From positions 2,391-66,390 of IMG/VR virus record IMGVR_UViG_3300033752_000023: a stretch of DNA of 64,000 nucleotides. One strand, 5' to 3'. The stretch's first letter is position 1. Each line of letters begins with the position of its first letter. Under the pieces are notes generated by a model. It did no database searches. It had not been told where the DNA came from and saw only the letters and a program-made list of their open reading frames with translations. Both the position numbers and the translations under genes were made by a program. This stretch comes from a virus. Lineage: Duplodnaviria; Caudoviricetes. This document shows, in pieces, positions 18,701-27,354 of this stretch.

Positions 18701-18998
18701 TAGACAGATGTATGAGAAGTTCATGGACATGGGGTATGGTGATGACTCTAATAAGCAAATTGACGGTAAACTTCTTGCTAGGTATACAGCCGGTATAAGG
18801 ACCAACCCAATAGAGGGATATGGGTACTTATGGCATAGGATGAAACAAGTACACCCAGAGTTGCATGGGTCACTAAATGCAATCTTTGGTAGGGGTGACT
18901 TTGTGGATAAAGACGATGTAGCAAATAGAAAAGAGTTGTTTGAAAGAGGGGATTATACTCGTAAGTCTGAAGAACCGAAATTGATTATTGAATTGTAG
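15762..18998 (+). CDS. Modular 1078-aa protein: KGK-QWV module, helical repeats, C-terminal HExxH zincin-like metallopeptidase
   Basis: MELYIDLEKGRLNTAKLVKRPVQVRGKDGKIYTRMQWV from aa 60; CAHEFAHAIDH at 18243-18272; downstream EHWSE. Confidence 0.75.
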   Translation: MAKKLKRTVPYKASSKEGLFKGKGDAWFHPEVFDEEYEHKTNKAIRRFSRNNRKVISKCMELYIDLEKGRLNTAKLVKRPVQVRGKDGKIYTRMQWVDPHSGEPVNNQRSLKLENEKEQPKFRSQKEYIDHYVKNLSRDEKYHLIDKHGIKWERNHHEAIDHKNAVMALKEHLYKNPHLVGVEHLPKEPDGSKTPEGTDRIDEWLKKYKNHPELLYRMMHHAGVLDDPTDPRTVPEWGPKDKGGNGTAPIRHMRNMMTFKKHLKENPHLMDLYDSHEEFGLPNTKTGSKSHKPEPKVKSKAQEGGNTIHGILKNMSSEELYALMKRLGIADRDPRTVPEWGPKDKGGNGTAPIRHMRNMMALKKAIERDPSILNLDENGDLSEQEKERLASLSGKEKLSHDVDEFLKGVDRKLVLAWADTYDWHDHMKNRIKSDHEHIDNMHKISALKKIIMDNPHLMEEGPMKEEFDTDRLLKTKIKNKEMQKILREVVGLKGVGDVKQAEKGVEWSFGVASFARIDKDQDGKAVLSVVDAGKDGSGWDEYVFPMEDVVKYLEKIRNGKQAKLKSKEVPLHKKSPAEMWKAIEEDFDKNYTHEVGEELKDEIGMLYRTHGFDNVDAFLKELPVKVSGDTFRKLLDKYGVLYNHSQIYTDGEAWKEVVYKSLVEKTKTKNASEYLVIKPGTDEVDTWVLHQSAKHWSPEERAQARKELIHRQVHIEDEDGFEDKEHRRVKLVDHIHQALEFVPFDLMTDVLCSGKGVKLKFMKTGEDGGEHYGNYFGYRVDGPVIYFDHRYVKDDSVLKASHPLDHTPKPRLLGISRKLIYSAFADTCAHEFAHAIDHFLSGSIGTYLTWDNPIGRKYAEGHTDAVIRSYKASVERSNPKKYLGAARNGNTRYFWHLDEWISSYEGRIYNRRYTDPSLMDNYIGRDENGQLLDKAWDTETDERGLEHWSENTSRYANAFHAYRRWREETGNTSTSMDSWARQMYEKFMDMGYGDDSNKQIDGKLLARYTAGIRTNPIEGYGYLWHRMKQVHPELHGSLNAIFGRGDFVDKDDVANRKELFERGDYTRKSEEPKLIIEL
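16449..16830 (+). repeat. Intragenic duplication encoding DPRTVPEWGPKDKGGNGTAPIRHMRNMM twice
   Basis: 53 identical bp at 16458-16510 and 16767-16819, 309 bp apart. Confidence 0.95.
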
Positions 18999-19009
18999 GG
19001 GGTTAGAAT

Positions 19010-19402
19010 ATGAAGGTATCCATCCACCACCAAGGTGTGAGTGGATGGGTTACCTATGACCCTTTAAATAAGGAGGTCATGGTATCCCATCCAAATGAAC
19101 TAGTACGTAAAGCAGTTAGGCATTATCTTAACAATGAGCAAAAGTTTGACATACCTTTGAGCCACAACATAGGTCATAAGGGCACTATACTAGAGAAACC
19201 CACTAAAGACAAGATGTACATGTTGATGGCTTTATCACAGATGTATCATCAGACAGGTGTCCATGTAGATTGGGGTCATTCTGAGAACGCAGGTCCATAT
19301 AAATATGACAAGGTGCTTGACACCCAGGACCCTAATGCTAGGGCTGATAAGCCAATAGTCAAGTCATTATTTGGTGATGAAGATTACGAAATTATTAATT
19401 AA
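19010..19402 (+). CDS. Hypothetical protein, 130 aa
   Basis: GGGG RBS; directly follows the metallopeptidase gene. Confidence 0.75.
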   Translation: MKVSIHHQGVSGWVTYDPLNKEVMVSHPNELVRKAVRHYLNNEQKFDIPLSHNIGHKGTILEKPTKDKMYMLMALSQMYHQTGVHVDWGHSENAGPYKYDKVLDTQDPNARADKPIVKSLFGDEDYEIIN

Positions 19403-19413
19403 GGGGTGTTACT

Positions 19414-19938
19414 ATGAAAAAAGAGCCATTATTGCTTATATCAGAGGACTTAGGTTCTTTACAAAAGGGTATGGAAGCAGACCTTTTTAAAGGTAAAGGT
19501 AATCGTGATGGGTTGATACAGCAAATTATAACCTATATACGTAACGGTCACGTAGTTACACGTAAGCAGTGGGTACGTAGTGAATTTGCTGACCATGCTA
19601 AGAAGAATGAAGAAGAGAAGAAACAGGCTATGCTTAGGGAGCAGGAACGTGAAAGGGAAAAACATAACAAGGAAATAGGTGAGCATAATATTAAGGCTAG
19701 ACATCAAGATGAACATGCTAGGAGAAAACAGAAGAAACGAGAACAAGAGGAACTAGGTATAAAAGGGCGTAACAGACATATAGTTGATAAAGAGCTAAAT
19801 GAGTATAAGAAGAAGCTAGAGAGACAGCGTAAGAAGGAAGAACAAGAACGTAAAAAGCAAGAGAAAAGGGATAAGGAGAAGCAGAGAAAAGCTAAGAAAG
19901 AAGAAGCTAAACATGCTAGGTATGGTCAGTCTGACTAA
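19414..19938 (+). CDS. 174-aa protein: divergent KGK-QWV module plus highly charged K/E/R coiled coil
   Basis: DLFKGKGNRDGLIQQIITYIRNGHVVTRKQWV followed by a basic/acidic low-complexity helix. Confidence 0.7.
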   Translation: MKKEPLLLISEDLGSLQKGMEADLFKGKGNRDGLIQQIITYIRNGHVVTRKQWVRSEFADHAKKNEEEKKQAMLREQEREREKHNKEIGEHNIKARHQDEHARRKQKKREQEELGIKGRNRHIVDKELNEYKKKLERQRKKEEQERKKQEKRDKEKQRKAKKEEAKHARYGQSD

Positions 19939-20092
19939 ACTAGGGCTCCGAATAAGGAAGAAGAGAGAATGGCTACACAGCCATCAAGCCGATAGCATGC
20001 ACTAGGGTGTATGCTATTTTTCTTGCAATTACGAGATTTTATGTGTGAGGACTTACAGGATTCAACTTTATTTGTTATAAGGAGGTGCTATT

Positions 20093-21676
20093 ATGGGAGC
20101 ATGGAGCAACCTAGTTAAATCTCTCAAGCTAGGCAGTACTCCGTTGATGCCTCACAGTACAAGCACAGATGAGTTAGTAAAATCAGAACGGGTACAAGAA
20201 GCTAAGTCAATAATTGAGGACCCCTTGTCTATAATTCAGAGCATGGGGTATAAAGATAAACCGTCTTCTTTATCATATGACACTCTAAAGAGAATGGCTA
20301 CACGTAACTCTGTTATATCTTCAATTATACAAACAAGGGTAAATCAGGTGTCAACTTTCTCACAACCTGCTCGATATACCAGGGATGGTGTAGGGTTTGA
20401 GATTAAGCTGAGAGACCCTAAATCCAAGCCTACCAAAGAGCAAAAGAGGATTATGCTAGCCTTAGAATCATTCATAGAAAACTGTGGGTTTTCATATGAC
20501 CCTAGTAGGGACAATTTTGATACATTCCTACGCAAAATCGTTAGGGACTCACTAATCTATGACCAGTTAACATTTGAAATTGTGCCAGACAGGGTAGGCA
20601 GACCAGCAGAGATGTATGCTGTAGATGCATCTACTATACGTGCCGCTGCCATAGAACCACTAGATGGAGAGGACTATGTACACCCAACAACTCCTAATGC
20701 TAGCAATATAAAATGGGTACAGGTTATAGATAATAGTGTAGTTGCTGAGTTTGAAGGCGATGAGTTAGCGTTTGCTGTAAGAAACCCTAGGACAGACATC
20801 AACATACAACCTTATGGGCTTTCTGAACTAGAAATACTTGTACACCAGGTAACTGCACATTTATGGGCTGAAGAATATAACTCTCGTTACTTTTCTCAAG
20901 GCGGTACAACAAAAGGTATTTTGAACATAAAAGGTCAAAATATAAGTAAGGAGCAATTAGATGCTTTCCGTAGACAATGGACTGCACAAATAGCAGGTAT
21001 AACAGGGGCATGGAAAACACCAGTTGTATCTGTAGAAGGGTTAGAGTATATTAATGTGTCTCAGTCTAACCGTGAGATGGAATATGAAATGTGGATGAAC
21101 TACCTCATAAATATAGCATGTGCAGTGTATCAAATTGACCCTGCTGAGATTAACTTCCCTAATAGGGGTGGTGCAGGGGGTAGTGCTGGAAGTTTAGGTG
21201 AGGGTGGTATTGAAGACCGCCTTAAAAACTCTAGAGATAAAGGTCTAAGACCTTTATTGAGATTCATAGAATCTGTTATTAACAGATACATTATACGCAG
21301 ATTTAGCCCTGAATATACATTTAACTTTGTTGGTCTAAATGGTGAATCTGAACAAGAACGCTTAGACTTGTCTAATAAGCAGATACGTACATTCAAGACT
21401 ATAAATGAAGTACGTGTAGAGAACGATTTAGACCCTATTGAAGACGGTGACATCATCTTAGACCCTACTTTTGTCAACTACAAGATGCAAAAAGGAAATC
21501 AGGAACAAATGATGCAAATGGGTGGAGATGGTGGTCAGGGTGACGTACAGGACCCTAACCAAGACCCTAATGCTCAAGAGGGTGACCAACAAGAGGAATT
21601 AAGCCCAGAGGAGCAACAACGTCAGCAGGAAGATGAGCAAATATCTCAGAGTATAGACCAAAAATATGGTCAATAA
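20093..21676 (+). CDS. Portal protein
   Basis: [35 protein letters not shown](Y)[18 protein letters not shown]; position before protease and capsid; Q-rich tail. Confidence 0.93.
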   Translation: MGAWSNLVKSLKLGSTPLMPHSTSTDELVKSERVQEAKSIIEDPLSIIQSMGYKDKPSSLSYDTLKRMATRNSVISSIIQTRVNQVSTFSQPARYTRDGVGFEIKLRDPKSKPTKEQKRIMLALESFIENCGFSYDPSRDNFDTFLRKIVRDSLIYDQLTFEIVPDRVGRPAEMYAVDASTIRAAAIEPLDGEDYVHPTTPNASNIKWVQVIDNSVVAEFEGDELAFAVRNPRTDINIQPYGLSELEILVHQVTAHLWAEEYNSRYFSQGGTTKGILNIKGQNISKEQLDAFRRQWTAQIAGITGAWKTPVVSVEGLEYINVSQSNREMEYEMWMNYLINIACAVYQIDPAEINFPNRGGAGGSAGSLGEGGIEDRLKNSRDKGLRPLLRFIESVINRYIIRRFSPEYTFNFVGLNGESEQERLDLSNKQIRTFKTINEVRVENDLDPIEDGDIILDPTFVNYKMQKGNQEQMMQMGGDGGQGDVQDPNQDPNAQEGDQQEELSPEEQQRQQEDEQISQSIDQKYGQ

Positions 21677-21736
21677 CCAATATGGAGTAAATAATGACCC
21701 TATGTGATTTTATTAGCATAGGGTTGTTTTGAGATA

Positions 21737-22525
21737 TTGTACAATGAATTGGGAGGTGATGATATGGACATCTTTCGCTTTAGTGTTGATGCTGATATAG
21801 TTAAGTCCAATAGTGAAGATGAAGGACGTAGATTGATACGTGGTTATGCTTCTACTGAGGATGAGGATAGGCATGGTGAACATTTAGTACAAAAAGGTCT
21901 AGATATTTCAGATTTCGTAAAGCATGGATATTTTAACTATGATCACGATAATAGTATAATATTAGGATACCCTCTACCTACTTGTAGAATAGACGAGAAG
22001 GGGTTCTGGGTAGAAGGTGAGCTATTGAAGGGTATCCCTATGGCAGACCGTATTTGGGAGTTAGCTGTGGCACTGAAGAAATCTAGTGCTCCTAGAAAAA
22101 TAGGATTTTCTGTTGAAGGTAAGGTCTTACAACGTGAGGGTAACCGTATAGTCAAAGCGAAAATTTATAATGTAGCTATAACTACCAACCCAGTAAATAC
22201 AAACTGCTCATGGGAAGCAGTGGTGAAATCATTTAGTGGAAATGTAGGTAATATACTCGATAAGATAGATAAGTCCTTAGAAGCTGGATATGAGACTGAC
22301 CCAACTAAATTAGAGGGTGGGGGAGTTTTCCGTAAGGAAAGTCTAGATAAGGACTTACACAACCTATCATATGTGATAGATGATGGGGAGAAGAAGAAAA
22401 TTCTTAAACAGAAGCTATCAGCTAAGAAATCTCTATCAAGAAATGAACTCATAGTCTACTTACAGATAACGAAGGGATTCTCTTTGCAACAAGCAAAGGA
22501 CTTTATAGACAAGCATATTAATTAG
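21737..22525 (+). CDS. Prohead protease (probable start ATG 21764)
   Basis: IRGYAST..EDRHGE..GYFNYDH, GFSVEG, NVAIT.NPVN; GGGAGGTG RBS before 21764. Confidence 0.9.
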   Translation: MYNELGGDDMDIFRFSVDADIVKSNSEDEGRRLIRGYASTEDEDRHGEHLVQKGLDISDFVKHGYFNYDHDNSIILGYPLPTCRIDEKGFWVEGELLKGIPMADRIWELAVALKKSSAPRKIGFSVEGKVLQREGNRIVKAKIYNVAITTNPVNTNCSWEAVVKSFSGNVGNILDKIDKSLEAGYETDPTKLEGGGVFRKESLDKDLHNLSYVIDDGEKKKILKQKLSAKKSLSRNELIVYLQITKGFSLQQAKDFIDKHIN

Positions 22526-22539
22526 GAGGTGCCTACCTA

Positions 22540-23346
22540 ATGTCTAAATTCGATGAAATCATTAGCAAATCATTAGATGAGATTGATGCCCTCGTAGAGG
22601 ACTTTAAGAAGAGTGTAGGGGAAGCTGAGGAAGATACTATTTCTAAAGCACAAAACGATGAAGATTTATCAGCTGATGATATATCTGAAGATACTCCATC
22701 TTCTGATAACGGAGATGAAGATGCTGATGAGCCGCAAGCAGATGACCCTGCTGAAACACAAGAAGACGTAGATGCTGACACTGAAGGAGAAGAAGATGCT
22801 GATGAGGATGAGGAATATGAAAAATCCTTAGAAAAAGAGTTATCTTCTAACAACAGTGTCCGTAAAGCTCTAGAAGTTAGTGAATTCTTACGAGAGCTTG
22901 TAAAAAGCTTAGACAAAGTTATAGCTGATAATACCAACAGCATCAGCAAATCCTTTAAAGAATCCTATGAATCTTCTAATGGATTATTAGCTAAATCTGT
23001 TGAGGGTATTATTAAATCACAGCGTGCAGTACTAGAAACTCAGGCTGAGTTGCTAAAATCTGTACGTGCTCTAAATAAACGTGTCCAATCTTTGGAATCT
23101 CAACCAGTTGTGCGTAAATCTGTAGCTTCTAAAAATACACAAGTAGTTGAGAAGTCATTTAAAGCATCTGCTGGAGATAAACCACAACCTTCTACTACAC
23201 TAACTAAGTCACAAGCGTCTGCTAAACTTACAGCAGCGTATGAGCAGGGACAAACAGACCTATTAGACGATATACTAGCTTTAGAAGGCACAGGTAGTTT
23301 CGATTCTATATCTGATAAAGCTAAAGCGTTTTTAGGATTATTATAA
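22540..23346 (+). CDS. Acidic scaffold-like head protein
   Basis: Lies between protease and capsid genes; D/E-rich; 13 hydrophobic-x-K-[SA] sites. Confidence 0.75.
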   Translation: MSKFDEIISKSLDEIDALVEDFKKSVGEAEEDTISKAQNDEDLSADDISEDTPSSDNGDEDADEPQADDPAETQEDVDADTEGEEDADEDEEYEKSLEKELSSNNSVRKALEVSEFLRELVKSLDKVIADNTNSISKSFKESYESSNGLLAKSVEGIIKSQRAVLETQAELLKSVRALNKRVQSLESQPVVRKSVASKNTQVVEKSFKASAGDKPQPSTTLTKSQASAKLTAAYEQGQTDLLDDILALEGTGSFDSISDKAKAFLGLL

Positions 23347-23383
23347 TCGAATGCCAACATATATTTCGGAGGTGTACTAAGAG

Positions 23384-24793
23384 ATGATGAATTTCGCTAA
23401 CGGTGTAAACGGCTTTGGTATTAGTACTCAACAAGAAGTTGAGTTGCTAAACAAAGCGTTAGAAGCAGGTCATGAGGTTAATCCCCTAAATCTTGAGGGT
23501 GGTGGAGCATTCCGTGTTGAATCACTAGATAATAGCTTAAAAGTTCTTACTTATGGTGATCAACATATCAAATTCTGGAAGAAAATTCCTAAGCAAAAAG
23601 CATATTCTACTGTAGAACAATACGGTCAATTGATTGACTATGGTCGTAGTCAAGGAGCGTTCGTGGGTGAGGGCGTACTGCCAGATACAAACGACTCTAC
23701 TTACGCACGTAAGGCTGCATTCGTTAAGTTCTTAGGAACTACTCGTGAAGTTACTCATCCAATGACACTTGTTAACAGTGCATTTGGTAATGTAATTGCA
23801 CGTCAAAACCAAGATGGCATCCTTTGGCTATTGAAACAAGTAGAGCAAGCTCTATTCTGGGGTGATTCTAAACTAGCCCCTGGTGGACAAGAAGGTTTAC
23901 AGTGGGATGGTCTTAACAAAATGATTGACCCAGAAAACACTATTGACCTTAAAAACAGCTACTTAGAAGAAAAGCATATTAACTGGGGTGCTCAGTTAAT
24001 TATTCAAAACTATGGAACACCTACTGACATCTATTTACCATTTGAAGTAATGGCACAATTCTCTCAAGAGTTCTTCCCGAAAGAACGTGTAATCATGCCT
24101 ACTCAAAGTGGTTACCAAGCAGGTGTAGTAGTTAACAAATTCATGACTCATGGTGGAGAGGTAGAATTCAATCCTGACATTTTCTTACACAAAACTCGTC
24201 CATTGAATCCTAATGCTTCTAGCTTTAAGGCTCCATCTGTAGGAACATTGAGCTTTGAACCTACTACAGACCTTGTAGGTACTGATGGAGATTGGGGTAA
24301 ACAAGGTGCAGGTACTTACAAATTTAAAGTAACATTCAATAACTCCCATGGTGAGTCTATCCCATCTAACGAAGTAGTAGTTACGTTGGCTTCCGGTGAC
24401 CTCAATAAGGGAGTCAAACTGACTATTACTAACCCAGCATCTACTGCATTCCCTGTTGAATACATCCGCTTGTATCGTACTGAAAAAGATGGAGATAAAT
24501 TCTATGAAGTAGCTCATTTTGCAGTATCTAGTTCTAATTCCGGTGCTGTTACTGAGTATGTAGATAAAGGTGAGACTATTGCCAATACTTATACAGCATT
24601 CATGGGTGAAATGTCTCCAGACATTATTGCTTTCAAACAGCTAGCTCCACTTATGAAAATGGACCTTGCTACATTAGGACCAGTCATCCGTTGGATGATT
24701 TTACTATATGGTGTGCCTGTTTTATATGCACCTCGTAAATGGATGCGCTTTATTAACATCAAAGCTGATGTGCCTGGGTTTATAGGTGCTTAA
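23384..24793 (+). CDS. Major capsid protein (SPO1/Twort-like)
   Basis: KALEAG..GGGAFRVESLD N-arm, YSTVEQY, ILWLLKQVEQALFWGD..GLQWDGL, QLAPLMKMDLA; strong terminator downstream. Confidence 0.95.
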   Translation: MMNFANGVNGFGISTQQEVELLNKALEAGHEVNPLNLEGGGAFRVESLDNSLKVLTYGDQHIKFWKKIPKQKAYSTVEQYGQLIDYGRSQGAFVGEGVLPDTNDSTYARKAAFVKFLGTTREVTHPMTLVNSAFGNVIARQNQDGILWLLKQVEQALFWGDSKLAPGGQEGLQWDGLNKMIDPENTIDLKNSYLEEKHINWGAQLIIQNYGTPTDIYLPFEVMAQFSQEFFPKERVIMPTQSGYQAGVVVNKFMTHGGEVEFNPDIFLHKTRPLNPNASSFKAPSVGTLSFEPTTDLVGTDGDWGKQGAGTYKFKVTFNNSHGESIPSNEVVVTLASGDLNKGVKLTITNPASTAFPVEYIRLYRTEKDGDKFYEVAHFAVSSSNSGAVTEYVDKGETIANTYTAFMGEMSPDIIAFKQLAPLMKMDLATLGPVIRWMILLYGVPVLYAPRKWMRFINIKADVPGFIGA

Positions 24794-24810
24794 TAGCTTT
24801 ATATAGATTC

Positions 24811-24850
24811 CAATAGGAAGTGAATTATATTCACTTCCTATTGTTGTTTT
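24811..24850 (+). terminator. Intrinsic terminator after the capsid gene
   Basis: 14-bp stem CAATAGGAAGTGAA/TTCACTTCCTATTG plus a T-rich tail. Confidence 0.85.
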
Positions 24851-24893
24851 ATGGGGTAAAAACCGATTATAAATTCTTAGAACACAACTATTT

Positions 24894-25169
24894 ATGGGAG
24901 GTATGGACATGAGCTATAAAGTTCGCAATGAGAAATTAGCAGGGTTGGAAGTAGGTATCTCTACGGAGAGGGTTAAATTCGATGAGAATGGTATTGGTGA
25001 AATCCAATCTAAAGAATTATATGATGAGGTAATTAAGCTACCAAACTACTTCCCGGTAGAAGAAGCTAAAGCTGAAAGGGTAGAAAAAGCAGAAGAGCCT
25101 AAAGAAGAAGCAAAAGAAGAAGCTAAACCTAAAGCTACTAAATCCACTAAGGCTGCCTCTAAGAAGTAA
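24894..25169 (+). CDS. Small head-region protein with K/E/A-rich tail
   Basis: Follows the capsid gene; GGAGG RBS before ATG 24909. Confidence 0.65.
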   Translation: MGGMDMSYKVRNEKLAGLEVGISTERVKFDENGIGEIQSKELYDEVIKLPNYFPVEEAKAERVEKAEEPKEEAKEEAKPKATKSTKAASKK

Positions 25170-25196
25170 TATATAACAATAAAGGGGGTCTAGACT

Positions 25197-25934
25197 ATGA
25201 AGTTCTCAGACTTAAATAGTCAGTTCCTCCGTGAGTACTACCTATTTGGTATTCCTCTAGAGGACCTGTATGGTAACAAGATGAAAGAGGGTATGTTGGA
25301 TCATTATATAAAGTCAGCTATACAACATACTCAACGCATGCTACAAATCGTTATAGAGCCTGTTGAGGTTAAGGACGAGGTTCATGACTACTATGCCAAT
25401 GACTTCCTAAACTGGTCCTTCATACAGTTGCATAAAAGACCAGTTATGGAAGTAACTTCACTGTCTATGTACTTTGGGGATATGAAAATGTTTGACATTC
25501 CAAAAGATTGGGTACGCATGCATCCAATATCTGGGCAGATACAATTATTCCCTGTATCTGGGTCTACTGGTAGCCTTATCCTCACTCAAAATGGCTCTTT
25601 TTTGCCAACTTTATTAGGTATATACCCAAATGCTCCAGGTCTATGGAGAATATCATATAGAGCGGGTATGGAGGATATACCGGATGACCTAGCTGAGTAT
25701 ATAATGAAACGTGCATCAGTAGGGGTATTACAAGTATGGGGCGACTTAATTATCGGTGCAGGTATTGCTAACCAAACTATTAGTATTGATGGGCTGTCCC
25801 AATCTATAGGTACTACCCAATCTCCAGAGTTCTCAGGTGCAGGTGCTCGTATCAAGAACTACATGGATGACATGAGAGAATTAGAGAAGAGGTTAAAAGA
25901 CACATACCTAGGTATAAACTTAGGTGTAGTATAA
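25197..25934 (+). CDS. Head-tail adaptor / neck protein
   Basis: Position; IDGLSQSIGTT motif typical of myovirus neck proteins. Confidence 0.7.
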   Translation: MKFSDLNSQFLREYYLFGIPLEDLYGNKMKEGMLDHYIKSAIQHTQRMLQIVIEPVEVKDEVHDYYANDFLNWSFIQLHKRPVMEVTSLSMYFGDMKMFDIPKDWVRMHPISGQIQLFPVSGSTGSLILTQNGSFLPTLLGIYPNAPGLWRISYRAGMEDIPDDLAEYIMKRASVGVLQVWGDLIIGAGIANQTISIDGLSQSIGTTQSPEFSGAGARIKNYMDDMRELEKRLKDTYLGINLGVV

Positions 25935-25937
25935 GGG

Positions 25938-26660
25938 GTGGTATCAGTGTCAGGTATTGAACAATATGTAGGATATAACGCCCCTAGAGCGGACTTTAAG
26001 CCAGAAGCGTTTGATGCCCTTATAATCCAAAAAGGATATAGGGTGCTATGGGAGCAGGGTATGTTCTGTTCCTGCTACAATATGCAATCAGGTCAGCCGG
26101 ACTATAATTGCCCTGCTTGCAAAGGTAAAGGATATGTATACTTCGGAGGTAAGATTACTAGAGCACTTGTGACTAGTATCAATGGTCACAGAGAGCAAGA
26201 ACGTATTGGTCTATATGACATGGGGACAGCATATTTAACCCCACTAAGCACAGACAATGTAGGATTTCGTGACCGATTTACATTTTTAGACTTCATTGTA
26301 AAGTTCTCTGAGGTGATAAAGAGAGGTGCCCCTGGTACCGCAGATGCTTTAAGGTACGAAGCTATAGATATTATAGCTTTACGTAATCTGAATACAGAAT
26401 ACAAAAGAGAAGTAGATTTTGAATTATCAGAGGATAAAAGACACATTAAATGGATAACAGAGCCCTTATACGAGAATGACCAGTACTCTGTCCTTTACAC
26501 AATCAGACCGGTGTATATAGCTATAAATCCTATTCATGAACTACGTGGAACTTATACTAAACAAGGGGCTAGAGGTCTAGAGAATTTTGTATCACTCCCT
26601 AAACAATTCCAAATTAAAAGGGAGGACTTCATAGAATATGATAATCCGTTCCAAGGCTAG
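25938..26660 (+). CDS. Head completion / neck protein with Zn-binding cysteines
   Basis: WEQGMFCSC..DYNCPACKGKG; position. Confidence 0.65.
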   Translation: MVSVSGIEQYVGYNAPRADFKPEAFDALIIQKGYRVLWEQGMFCSCYNMQSGQPDYNCPACKGKGYVYFGGKITRALVTSINGHREQERIGLYDMGTAYLTPLSTDNVGFRDRFTFLDFIVKFSEVIKRGAPGTADALRYEAIDIIALRNLNTEYKREVDFELSEDKRHIKWITEPLYENDQYSVLYTIRPVYIAINPIHELRGTYTKQGARGLENFVSLPKQFQIKREDFIEYDNPFQG

Positions 26661-27351
26661 TATCGGGCTAGACCTCTCTAAAGACTTTGACAGGATAGCT
26701 GATATGTCAGTCTCTAGTGTTGCTAAGGCAGTAAGAGACGCATGGATAGGGGAAGCCCTAAATAGATTAAATACCACAGCTAACGATTATGTTAGCAGTA
26801 TAAGAACTAGGTTTTATAGAGGTGCATCAGAGTTTGTAGCTGAAATATACCTAGAAGGAAAATGGTCTAATGCTTTAGAGTCAGGGTTTGGTTCATTCGA
26901 TATGAAGCCAGGATTTGCTAGAAGTAGCAAAAAGAAAATAAGCCAGGAGAATCAATGGTATTTACACATACCATTTAGACACACAACTCCTGCGGCTACT
27001 GGTAGGACTGGCAGACCAATGCCTAGCTCAATATATAGGAGAGCGTCACAACTTCCACAATGGGGTAGAATGCAATCTAATAGACCACCTGCTACTTCCT
27101 GGACAGGGTACCAACATAAGGGTGACATATATGATGGTCTTACTAAGGTACCGGAAACCCCATCTGGTACTAGAAGTGCTTACTTTACTTGGAGAACTGT
27201 TAGCCAGAACAGTGACCCTAAAGCATTTATACACCCAGGATTTGAAGGGGTACACATTGTGGACAGCTTAGATCCCTATATACAAGACACCTTCTCCTTA
27301 GTATTTGCTTCCAATGCTCAGCACGTACTGGGGGATAATAGGAGGAGATAA
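26638..27351 (+). CDS. Neck/tail-associated structural protein
   Basis: LESG..SFDMKPG, YL.IPFRH, FTWRTVSQNS..FIHPG; position. Confidence 0.6.
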   Translation: MIIRSKASIGLDLSKDFDRIADMSVSSVAKAVRDAWIGEALNRLNTTANDYVSSIRTRFYRGASEFVAEIYLEGKWSNALESGFGSFDMKPGFARSSKKKISQENQWYLHIPFRHTTPAATGRTGRPMPSSIYRRASQLPQWGRMQSNRPPATSWTGYQHKGDIYDGLTKVPETPSGTRSAYFTWRTVSQNSDPKAFIHPGFEGVHIVDSLDPYIQDTFSLVFASNAQHVLGDNRRR

Positions 27352-27354
27352 TAT

